NCBI GenBank assembly: GCA_029974275.1
Contig: JARKSN010000334.1
Span: 1 to 26,257 of the forward strand
Source: Candidatus Hydrogenedentota bacterium
GTDB lineage: Bacteria > Hydrogenedentota > Hydrogenedentia > Hydrogenedentales > SLHB01
Direction of reading: 5' to 3'
DNA: 26,257 nt
The notes below the pieces were generated by a model. The model had not been told where the DNA came from, made no database searches, and saw nothing but the letters and a program-made list of their open reading frames with translations. Positions 1 to 9,640 of the stretch are shown piece after piece (position 1 is the first letter of the stretch; every line of letters starts with the position of its first letter). Position numbers and translations under genes: made by a program.

Positions 1-666
1 CCCCTGCGGATCCAACACCGTCAACGCCAACCGCACCGCCTGCGGCCTGCCCCAACCCCGACGCTGCGACCTCTCCTCCACCGGCGCGACCGGCGCCGGA
101 GGAGGCGGCAACGGCTGCCCCGGAACAAACGCCGGCGAAGGCGGAACAGGCATCCACAAATACGCCACCTCAAAATCCTTCACGCCATTCACCAACTCAA
201 AACTGCTCCTCCGGCCCAGCTTGACCGGCCTGCTCGCCACATCCTCGGCAGCCTGCGACGGAGCCAACAAAGGCAACGGCCCCTCGACCTGCGCCTCCTC
301 ACGGATCAACACCCCCCCCTGCTTCCGAGATCCCGGCTTCGTCCGATACCGCACCCACAACGCGCGCTTCCCCTCCCCATGCCGCACATCCATCGGCTGA
401 CCAATGACATAAAACTCCAACTCATCGCGCTTCCCCTCAAAAAGATGCCCCGCACCGCTCACCATGCTCTGCAAATCACGCGTCAACACACTCATGGCAA
501 TCCGAACATCCTGATACGCCGCACGATTCGACTCGCCCATCCGCCACGACCGAACCGACGTGTTGAATGCCTGATACACGCAAATCATCACCACCGAAAT
601 CAACGTCGTGGCGACCACAAGCTCCGCCAAAGTGAACCCCGCCTCACGACTACGGCAACGCAACAC
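1..666 (-). CDS. gspJ: Type II secretion minor pseudopilin J-like protein (3' end truncated by window edge)
   Basis: Not in the ORF track; translated by hand. The frame is open from GTG 666 (or TTG 663) to position 1: (M)LRCRSREAG|FTLAELVVATTLISVVMICVYQAFNTSVRSW...DVRIAMSVLTRDLQS...WGRPQAVRLALTVLDPQG. It has a prepilin cleavage motif with E+5, overlaps the gspI stop and follows G-H-I. Confidence 0.85.
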   Translation of the reverse strand, partial: MLRCRSREAGFTLAELVVATTLISVVMICVYQAFNTSVRSWRMGESNRAAYQDVRIAMSVLTRDLQSMVSGAGHLFEGKRDELEFYVIGQPMDVRHGEGKRALWVRYRTKPGSRKQGGVLIREEAQVEGPLPLLAPSQAAEDVASRPVKLGRRSSFELVNGVKDFEVAYLWMPVPPSPAFVPGQPLPPPPAPVAPVEERSQRRGWGRPQAVRLALTVLDPQG

Positions 667-1192
667 CCGCCCTCGCCTCCTCCGGAAGCCAAAGCTTATC
701 CGGATTAAACAACGTCTCCGCGCTCGCCTCATACCTCGCCCCAGCCCGCTCCCAACGCACCGTCGCCCAAATGCCGCCAATATACCGCTCCTTCAACATT
801 ACCAGCGGCTTGCCATCAGGACCCATCGGAACCGGCGGAGGCCCCCCCGGAAACGCCCCCGGAACAACGCCCCCCGGAACCATCGGCGGCAACGGCGGCA
901 TCGGAATCTTCACCAACGACACCTTCCTCGAATACGAAAACCGGGCAAAATCCCCCGCAAAATTGCCCGATTGAGTCCCCGGAACAACGACCGGCTGAAT
1001 CTCGACCTCCGATATCACCTGCTGCAAAAGAAAACGCGCCCACGTATAATCAGACGTCTGCGCCTGCGTCAAAGAAGCCTGACGAATCGAACGCTGCACC
1101 GCAAACACGCCCACGCTCAACACGCCCAACGCGACAACCGCCTCCAGCAAAATATACCCCGCTCCACAACGCCGCGACCTATCCCGCCACAT
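650..1192 (-). CDS. gspI: Type II secretion minor pseudopilin I-like protein
   Basis: Start re-called to ATG 1192: MWRDRSRRCGAG|YILLEAVVALGVLSVGVFAV. Prepilin motif with E+5 and a hydrophobic helix; lies between H- and J-like genes; the start overlaps the 3' end of gspH. Confidence 0.8.
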   Translation of the reverse strand: MWRDRSRRCGAGYILLEAVVALGVLSVGVFAVQRSIRQASLTQAQTSDYTWARFLLQQVISEVEIQPVVVPGTQSGNFAGDFARFSYSRKVSLVKIPMPPLPPMVPGGVVPGAFPGGPPPVPMGPDGKPLVMLKERYIGGIWATVRWERAGARYEASAETLFNPDKLWLPEEARAGVALP

Positions 1193-1706
1193 CGAACTGC
1201 CCCAAACGCCCCTTCGTCCGAATCGTGACCCGATCCCGATTCTTGCGCAACGCCACCGTCGCATAATCGCACGCCCCATTGGCATAAAAAGCGATAAACT
1301 GCGCCCCCTCCTCCTTATCCTTCCGGGCCGCAATCCGATCAATCTCGATCTCCTTCGGAAAATACGTCTTCCGCAAATACGGCTCCGGCGCCCGAAAAAA
1401 AACCTTCTCAAACCCATCCATCTTGGCAAAACGCATCACCCAATAACTATTCCGGCGCGTCTTCCGATCCTTGCTCAAATACACCCGGTACTCAACCCCA
1501 TCCGCCACCGCGCGCTCCTGCGCATACTTCATCACATTCAACAAATCGCGAACGCTCCGATCCGCCCGTATGCTCTTCACCGAATCCACAAACATCGGAG
1601 CAATCGACGCCGCAAGAATCGCGATAATCGCCGTGACAACCATCAGCTCAATCAGCGAAAACCCCGCCCGCGCGAAAACGACCTCTGCGCCGCCTCTTGC
1701 CTTCAT
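1179..1706 (-). CDS. gspH: Type II secretion minor pseudopilin H-like (GspH/FimT family) protein
   Basis: Start re-called to ATG 1706 (GAGG upstream). AG|FSLIELMVVTAIIAILA prepilin motif, 'YAQERAV' helix and a C-terminal 'IAFYANG' motif typical of GspH/FimT. Confidence 0.82.
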   Translation of the reverse strand: MKARGGAEVVFARAGFSLIELMVVTAIIAILAASIAPMFVDSVKSIRADRSVRDLLNVMKYAQERAVADGVEYRVYLSKDRKTRRNSYWVMRFAKMDGFEKVFFRAPEPYLRKTYFPKEIEIDRIAARKDKEEGAQFIAFYANGACDYATVALRKNRDRVTIRTKGRLGQFDVAG

Positions 1707-1800
1707 AACAACCTCAACAGAAAACGGCCCGCGCCACCCGCCCGGAAAACGCCCCCCGGACGCCGCGCCCAACGCCTCTCCGGCCCTCTGCCGGAAACCG

Positions 1801-2184
1801 TCACTCGCCTTCGATTTGCCAACTCGTGATATCGTCCGCCGTGTTCGGAGACTTGTCCGGCCCGCAAGAAAAAACGTCATAGACATCATGCGCGCCAGGA
1901 TGTTTGTATTGATAAGGAGAACCCCAAGGGTCCTTCTGCATGCGGCGCAAATACTTACGCTCACTCGTCATCAAATCGTTCAACGACTTGGGATACTTGT
2001 CATGATGATCAATCGCATACAAATCAATCGCATCCATCAACCGCTCCACATCCGCCTTCGCGCGAGTCTTCCGCGTCTCCTCCCCGCGCCCCCGAAACGA
2101 CAACGTGACCGTCCCGGCCAAAATGCCGATGATCACCGTCACCAAAATCAACTCGATCAAGGTGAAACCGCTTTTCTCCTGCAT
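1801..2184 (-). CDS. gspG: Type II secretion major pseudopilin G
   Basis: G|FTLIELILV prepilin motif, 'DPWGSPYQYKHPG' and C-terminal 'SCGPD...TADDITSW', which are GspG signatures; directly downstream of gspF. Confidence 0.92.
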   Translation of the reverse strand: MQEKSGFTLIELILVTVIIGILAGTVTLSFRGRGEETRKTRAKADVERLMDAIDLYAIDHHDKYPKSLNDLMTSERKYLRRMQKDPWGSPYQYKHPGAHDVYDVFSCGPDKSPNTADDITSWQIEGE

Positions 2185-2200
2185 ACGTCCACTCTCCGGG

Positions 2201-3401
2201 TTAAACCGAGGCCGACGAACTCAGCGTGAGCATCGGAAGCAACATGGCAATCACCAAAAAACCAATCACCACCCCCATCACCACAATCAAAACAGGCTCC
2301 AACAAAGCCGCCATCGCCTTGACCGCCCGATCCACCTCATTGTCATACGCATCGGCCAACCGCTTCGTCACCGCCCCCAAACGACCGCTCTCCTCCCCAA
2401 CAGCAAACATGCTGATCACCATCGGCGGAAAATGCGGACACTTCTGCAAACTCTCGCTAATGCTGTCCCCCTCCGTCACCCGCCCAAGAACCGTGCCCAC
2501 CTCCTCGGCAATCACCCGATTCGAAAGCGTGTCCTCCGTAACCCGCAACGAATTGAGAATCGGCACGCCATTTTCCAACAACGTCCCCAACGTACGCGCA
2601 AACTTGGCCATCTCATACTTCACGACGACCCCCTTCAACACCGGCATGCGCAACGCAACCTCATCCCGCCGCCGCCGTCCCCCATCCGTCCGCAAATACG
2701 CATACAGACCCGCCCCCACGCCAAACGCGACCCCCAGCACCGCCCACCAATACGACCCCATGAAATCACAAAGACCCATCACCACCCGCGTCGGCCACGG
2801 CAGCCTCGTGTTGAACTCCTCGAAAATCACCAAAAACTTCGGAAACACAAACGACACCAAAATGAAAACCGCGATCGTCCCAATACACACCAAAAACGCC
2901 GGATACACCATGGCGGACACCGCTTTGCCGCGCAACTCCTCCTCCTGATCGCCAAACGCGACAATACGCCACATCACCTCCTCAAGCATGCCCCCCGTTT
3001 CCCCCGCGCGAATGAGATTGCAATACATCGCCGGAAACACCTTCGGATGCCGCTCCAACGCCTCGGCGAACGTGCTGCCCTTCAAAATGTCATTGCGCAA
3101 ATGCTCAATGACAACCTTCATCTTCGGATTCGTCGTTTGATCGACCAGCGTGGCAAGCGCCCGCGTGATAGGCATGCCCGATTCATTCAGATTCGCCAAT
3201 TGCCGGAAAAAAACATTGCGATCCTGGAGCTTGACGCGCAACAACGCGCTGCGAAGCGCATCCTGCTTCTCGTCCCCCGTAAACTCCTCGATCGAAATGG
3301 GAAAATAACCCATGTCCCGCAAACGCGCAATCGCCGCCCGCTGACTCTCCGCCTCCATGACCCCGGTCATCGTTTCGCCCGGCGTCTTCTTCACCTCATA
3401 C

Positions 3402-3415
<14 letters not shown>
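2201..3415 (-). CDS. gspF: Type II secretion inner-membrane platform protein F (GspF/PilC family)
   Basis: Start re-called to ATG 3415 (MPQYKYEV). Two T2SSF repeats ('FFRQLANLNESGMPI...AGETGGML...AMVYP' and 'FARTLGTLLENGVPI...VGEESGRL...LEP') and three TM segments. Confidence 0.95.
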
Positions 3416-5144
<1,729 letters not shown>

Positions 5145-5185
5145 GCGAACAACTCCGATCGTTCATAAGTTCCAATAGAATCAAT

Positions 5186-5214
5186 ATGTTATCACACCCG
5201 CCGCGTGCGGGCAA
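5186..5214 (-). promoter_or_regulatory. Putative sigma70-type promoter of the gsp operon
   Basis: The minus strand reads TTGCCC (5214-5209), 17 nt, TAACAT (5191-5186), with an extended -10 TG, about 40 nt upstream of the gspE start. Confidence 0.55.
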
Positions 5215-5248
5215 GCGCCGCCGGCCCGCCCCCGCAAGCCCAACGCAA

Positions 5249-6286
5249 TCACTCCGGCCCCAGACCCTCGAGCGATGCCTTGGCCAACGAAGCCACCTCG
5301 GGACACTGAGCCGCCTCCCGATACAACGCGCGAGCATTCGCGGCATCAAGCAAACGAGTTCGATACACATGCCCCAATTCCACATTCAACTGCGCAACAG
5401 CTATCGGATTGACACACCGATCCCGCGCTTCCTTCAAGGCAGACGCAAGACGCGCCCCAGACCCAATATCCTCGCCCGGCTGCGCCACCCGACGCGCCAT
5501 GTCCAACGTCGCCCGAGACGCCGCCAACGTCTTCGGATACCGCGCGATCAACGCCTCAAAAGGAGCCAAACTCCCAGAACGATCCTGCCGCGCCGCATCC
5601 AACTCCTGCAAAGAGGCATACGAAAACGCCCGCCCCTCCGCCAACAATTCATGCCGCTCCCACGCTTCCGCACGATACGGCGAAGCCCCGAACGCCGACG
5701 TAAACTCCCGAATATATGTCTCGTACGCCGCATCCGCCTCGGCATACCAATGCAACTCCTCGTACGCCAACGACGCAAGCGCCAACTGCGCCTCGCCCGC
5801 CCGCGCATCCCCCCGATGCTGCTCGACCGCCATCTTCAACGCATGAAAAGCCCCCGTGAAATTCCCCTGCTCCCGCAAACGCGCCGCCGACGCCAAAGCC
5901 TGAACCAGCGGATCCTCCTCGGAAACATGATGCGCCACCAAAACGCCGGACGGAAAACCGGAATGCCGCTGCCCCAGCCACGCATAACTCGCCGCCACCA
6001 GCGCCACCGCCGCAACAGCGCCCGCAACGGCATACCGAAACGCCCGCGCACGCCGCGGCCGCGCCCCTTCGACAAGACGACGACGAACCGCCGGAGCCAG
6101 ATCAACGCCCAGCTCAGGCGCATCCCCAGGAATCGCGCGCACCAGCTCCTCCAACGCGCACAACTCCCCCCGCAACCCCGCATTCCGCCCCAACTCCCGC
6201 GAAAGAAACGCCCGCTCCGCCTCCGTCACCTCCTCATACAAACTGGCCGCCAACAACCCCCTCGCTCTTCGGAGACGAAACCACAT
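5249..6286 (-). CDS. Putative membrane anti-sigma factor with extracytoplasmic TPR-like domain
   Basis: Lies 23 nt downstream of the ECF sigma gene. Short N-terminal helical domain resembling an anti-sigma domain, one TM segment (YAVAGAVAAVALVAASYAWL), then TPR-like repeats ('AGEAQLALASLAYE', 'LIARYPKT', 'AQLNVELGHVY...ARALYREA'). Confidence 0.7.
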   Translation of the reverse strand: MWFRLRRARGLLAASLYEEVTEAERAFLSRELGRNAGLRGELCALEELVRAIPGDAPELGVDLAPAVRRRLVEGARPRRARAFRYAVAGAVAAVALVAASYAWLGQRHSGFPSGVLVAHHVSEEDPLVQALASAARLREQGNFTGAFHALKMAVEQHRGDARAGEAQLALASLAYEELHWYAEADAAYETYIREFTSAFGASPYRAEAWERHELLAEGRAFSYASLQELDAARQDRSGSLAPFEALIARYPKTLAASRATLDMARRVAQPGEDIGSGARLASALKEARDRCVNPIAVAQLNVELGHVYRTRLLDAANARALYREAAQCPEVASLAKASLEGLGPE

Positions 6287-6309
6287 AGCACTATTCCCTC
6301 ATGTCCCGA

Positions 6310-6873
6310 CTACGGCTCGCGCAAATCCTTCAATTCCTTCTGAAGCCGGCGCAACGCCCGAAACAAATGCACCTTCACGCTGCCCGTCGTGCACCCCAGC
6401 GCCTCGGCTATATCCGCAAGAGGCAACCCCTCATAATGCCGCAACATAAAAACATTCCGCTGCGACTCCGACAACCGCGCCAACGCCTTGCGCACCCGGA
6501 CATCTATCTCGCCCGCCCGAACCTGCTGCTCCGTCCGGCTGAACGCCGCACCCCCGCCCTCCGCGGAAATCGCCTCCTCCAGCGGCACATGACGAAAACG
6601 CTTCCGCCGCCGCAACAAATCAATCGCCTGATTCGCCGTCAACCGCACCAGCCACGGCAACAACCCGCCGCCGCGCGCCTCCCACGTATCAATCTTCCGA
6701 TGAACCTTGAGAAAAACCTCCTGCGACACATCCAACGCATCTTCCCGGTTGCCCGCAATCCGGTACGCCGTCGCGAAAACCTTCCCCTGAAACCGGCGCA
6801 CAAGCTCATCAAAAGCCCGCTCATCGCCCCGCTGAAACCTCAGGGCGATGTCCTCGTCGCTCTGCGACCGCAT
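6310..6873 (-). CDS. ECF-family RNA polymerase sigma-70 factor
   Basis: Start re-called to ATG 6873 (GGAGAAGG RBS). Region 2 'GDERAFDELVRRFQ...EDALDVSQEVFLK...WLVRLTANQAIDLLRR' and region 4 'LSESQRNVFMLRHYEGLPLADIAEALGCTTGSVKVHLFRA'; 187 aa. Confidence 0.95.
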   Translation of the reverse strand: MRSQSDEDIALRFQRGDERAFDELVRRFQGKVFATAYRIAGNREDALDVSQEVFLKVHRKIDTWEARGGGLLPWLVRLTANQAIDLLRRRKRFRHVPLEEAISAEGGGAAFSRTEQQVRAGEIDVRVRKALARLSESQRNVFMLRHYEGLPLADIAEALGCTTGSVKVHLFRALRRLQKELKDLREP

Positions 6874-6904
6874 CCCTTCTCCAGGATATTCCTCGCGCCC
6901 TTCC

Positions 6905-6933
6905 ATAACGTTCCCCATCGGGAAAAGGTTTAC
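6905..6933 (-). promoter_or_regulatory. Putative ECF-type (AAC...CGT) promoter upstream of the ECF sigma gene
   Basis: The minus strand reads GTAAAC (6933-6928), 17 nt, CGTTAT (6910-6905), about 30 nt before the ATG. This fits the general AAC-N16/17-CGT pattern of ECF promoters. Confidence 0.6.
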
Positions 6934-6954
6934 CCAACATTCTTCAAAAGACGG

Positions 6955-6977
6955 CTTGGGGAAACCCTTCCCCCAAG
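6955..6977 (-). terminator. Possible intrinsic terminator hairpin after the GT2 gene
   Basis: Minus-strand CTTGGGGGA-AGGGT-TTCCCCAAG stem (one G-U pair) about 17 nt after the GT2 stop, followed by CCGTCTTTT. The U tract is offset from the stem. Confidence 0.4.
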
Positions 6978-6994
6978 AAAGGTCTCCCCAACCC

Positions 6995-8023
6995 CTACGC
7001 CAAAAACAGATAATCCTCAAGCTCGCCATAGCCGCGCCCACGCATCCACGCACGGATTTCATCGCGAGCGCCCGGCGCGCCAACCGCCACGACAACAAAC
7101 GCCGCGCCCGGAACCGGCAAATCCTCCGGAGCCATTACACCATACCCATGAATGCAACGGCCAATCTTGCGCGGATGGATGTCCACCACCGCCAACGGCC
7201 TATGCTCCCCCCACTCACGCAACCAAGGCTTGCCCACCTCGCCCGCGCCCCACTGAAAAAACGGCCGATCCCCCGCAAGATACGACCGGGCCAAATAGTC
7301 ACGCTTGAGCGCGCGAAAACGCGCCGGACCATAGCGCGCATCCCGCATCGAAAACCGACCCGGCGATTCGCGCCACCGAAGCAAAGGACGAGGAACCTTC
7401 GCGAACCGCTTGCCCGCGAGAAACAACCGCATCACCAAATCATAATCCTCGGCCCAACCCCGATCGGTGTATCCGCCAACCTCATCCAGAGTTTCCCTGC
7501 GCAATAAAAAGGTCGGATGCGCAATCGGACACTCAACGAACAACTCTCGAACCATCGCAGCGTGATCCGTCAAACCATTGAGCCACGCCGCATACCGCTG
7601 CCGCCCCAACCCAACCCGCTCGCCAAAAACCGCAACCTCCGCCCCGCACAACGCAACATCCGGACGCTCCATCAACAACGCAATTTGCGCCTCCAACCGC
7701 GCAGGATGAGCAACATCATCCGCATCCATGCGCGCGATATACTCTCCCTGCGCCGCGTCGCACGCCCGGCGCAAAGCCTCGACAATCCCAACCGGACCCG
7801 ACCGGATAAGCCGAATGCGCGAATCCCCCCGCGCCAACGCCACGCCAATATCCCCCGAAGCGTCCGTCGAACCATCATCAAACAACAACAACTCCCAACA
7901 CGAATGCGTCTGCCCCTGAATCGACGCCACCGCCTCCATCAACGTGGCCGCCGCATTCCGGCACGGCATGACAACCGACGCCAAAGCCGCAGACCTCCCA
8001 AACCGCGCGCCGCTACGCCTCAT
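6995..8023 (-). CDS. GT2 glycosyltransferase with C-terminal Rossmann-like domain (B3GNTL1/QTGAL-like)
   Basis: GT-A motifs SVVMPCRN, DDGSTD, RMDADD and AEDYD; C-terminal 'WGAGEVGK...VDIHPRKIG'. ATG 8023 chosen as start. Confidence 0.88.
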   Translation of the reverse strand: MRRSGARFGRSAALASVVMPCRNAAATLMEAVASIQGQTHSCWELLLFDDGSTDASGDIGVALARGDSRIRLIRSGPVGIVEALRRACDAAQGEYIARMDADDVAHPARLEAQIALLMERPDVALCGAEVAVFGERVGLGRQRYAAWLNGLTDHAAMVRELFVECPIAHPTFLLRRETLDEVGGYTDRGWAEDYDLVMRLFLAGKRFAKVPRPLLRWRESPGRFSMRDARYGPARFRALKRDYLARSYLAGDRPFFQWGAGEVGKPWLREWGEHRPLAVVDIHPRKIGRCIHGYGVMAPEDLPVPGAAFVVVAVGAPGARDEIRAWMRGRGYGELEDYLFLA

Positions 8024-8280
8024 ACGAAAACCGCCAAACAATGCACCGAACCTTCCATCGCGCCTCCATCAAACCGCACACACACACCGATCGTTTTTTC
8101 GCCCCTCCGGTTGTTCTATACTCTTGGCAAACGCGATACAAGAAAAGAAAAACAACACAAACAACTTCACCCGGCACATGGCGGGCAGACACGCCCGACC
8201 CAAACGATCAAAAACCCGGACCGCCTCAAACGCGCCGCGTGAAAGGGGCAAACCCCCAAAACGGGAAAGCGAGGAAGACA

Positions 8281-9390
8281 ATGAAAACGAAAGCGCTGGC
8301 GGCAGCCATGGGATTCCTGCTGGCCGCGGCAGGAACAGCCTTCGCCCAAGACGACATCAACGCGACCCGCCGCAACGCACTCATCCGCGCCATCGAAAAA
8401 GCCGCGCCCGCCGTCGTCTCCGTCAACGTGGTGGTCGAAGGCAGAGTGGCCATGATGAGCGGCGACTTCTGGGATCTATTCGCACCGCCTCGCCCCATTT
8501 ACCGAAAAGTCAACACCGTCGGCAGCGGCTTCATCTTCGACCCCCAAGGATACGTCATCACCAACTACCACGTCGTCGAAGACGCCGCCAAAGTCGCATC
8601 CGTCACATTGCCGGACGGACGCGAAATCCCCGTCGACGTCATCGGCGCCGACAAACGCTCCGACCTCGCCGTCCTCAAAGCCCGCGCCACCGGCCTTCCC
8701 CACATACCCTTCGGAGACTCCAACGACCTCCTCATCGGCGAATGGGTCATCGCCATCGGAAACCCCTTCGGCTCCCTCATGAGCGACAACCAACCCACCG
8801 TCAGCGTCGGAGTCGTCTCCGCCAAACACCGAAGAGTGAACCCCCGCGTGGGCGAAGGCGAACGCCTCTACCAAGACCTCGTCCAAACCGACGCCGCCAT
8901 CAACCCCGGCAACAGCGGCGGCCCCCTCGTCAACGCCATGGGACAAGTCGTCGGCGTAAACACCATGATCTTCAGCCAAAGCGGCGGCAGCGTCGGACTC
9001 GGATTCGCGATCCCCATCAACCGCGTCGCCCGCGTCGCCCGCGAAATCATCGACCACGGACGACGACGAGACCCCTGGGCCGGATTCAAAGTCGAAGACA
9101 TCCAAACCCTGCGCGCCGATTACCGCGGCCAAGCATTGCTGCAAGAACTGGGCGCACGCGCCGAAAGCGGATGCCTCGTGGTCAATATCCTGCGCAACTC
9201 GCCCGCCTACCAAGCCTCCCTGCGACCCGGCGACGTCATCCTCAACCTCAACGGACGAAAAGTGACCGGAGCCACGGACATCGACTTCGCGCTATGGGAC
9301 CTCTTCGTCGGCGACACCGTCAACCTCGAAATCGACCGCCAAGGCCGCCGCATGACCATCGAATTCACGATTCAAGAACTGTCCCGCTGA
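8281..9390 (+). CDS. HtrA/DegP-family trypsin-like serine protease with signal peptide and single PDZ domain
   Basis: Start re-called to ATG 8281 (GAGGAAG RBS). Signal peptide ending AFA|Q; catalytic triad motifs TNYHVV, SDLAVL and QTDAAINPGNSGGPL; one C-terminal PDZ domain (NSPAYQASLRPGDVI). Confidence 0.93.
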   Translation: MKTKALAAAMGFLLAAAGTAFAQDDINATRRNALIRAIEKAAPAVVSVNVVVEGRVAMMSGDFWDLFAPPRPIYRKVNTVGSGFIFDPQGYVITNYHVVEDAAKVASVTLPDGREIPVDVIGADKRSDLAVLKARATGLPHIPFGDSNDLLIGEWVIAIGNPFGSLMSDNQPTVSVGVVSAKHRRVNPRVGEGERLYQDLVQTDAAINPGNSGGPLVNAMGQVVGVNTMIFSQSGGSVGLGFAIPINRVARVAREIIDHGRRRDPWAGFKVEDIQTLRADYRGQALLQELGARAESGCLVVNILRNSPAYQASLRPGDVILNLNGRKVTGATDIDFALWDLFVGDTVNLEIDRQGRRMTIEFTIQELSR

Positions 9391-9611
9391 CCCGCGCCCA
9401 TGACGCGCCAAACCCCAATCCCGGCAACCATGAAAACCCGAATCAACCATCGAATGCGTGAAATCCCGCCCACGCCGCTCCACTTTACGCAACCCCAATC
9501 TCTCAGACCCACACCACAATATTGACACATATCGATATTTGCGATAATTGATAAAAACACGCCTAAATCTGTCAACACTTAAGAAAGATGCCCATTACCG
9601 TAAGGAAAACC

Positions 9612-9640
9612 TTTACATACACGCCAGACTATGGCATACT
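9612..9640 (+). promoter_or_regulatory. Putative sigma70 promoter for the secreted protein gene
   Basis: TTTACA (9612-9617), 17 nt, CATACT (9635-9640), with an extended -10 TG at 9632-9633, inside the most AT-rich stretch of the window. Confidence 0.65.

Noticed and set aside
312..319. C8 homopolymer in gspJ, and A runs in gspH and ribF, as phase-variation tracts
   Set aside because: The frames are intact, the runs are short, and such runs are expected from the C/A strand bias.
5145..5175. GGAACTT (sigmaE-like -35) on the minus strand just upstream of gspE
   Set aside because: There is no matching -10 at 16-17 nt spacing, and the implied start site would fall on the start codon.
8094..8122. 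TATACT -10-like hexamer upstream of htrA
   Set aside because: No credible -35 (only TTTTTT at 17 nt) and no correctly placed extended TG; too weak to call.
8241..8275. GGGGCAAACCCC...GGGAAAGC upstream of htrA, superficially like a c-di-GMP-I riboswitch start
   Set aside because: It lacks the GNRA-capped stem, the GACGCAAAGC junction and the second stem, and it runs straight into the RBS.
9541..9560. GATAATTGATAA as a Fur box
   Set aside because: Only half of the 19-bp inverted consensus matches, and no iron-related gene is adjacent.
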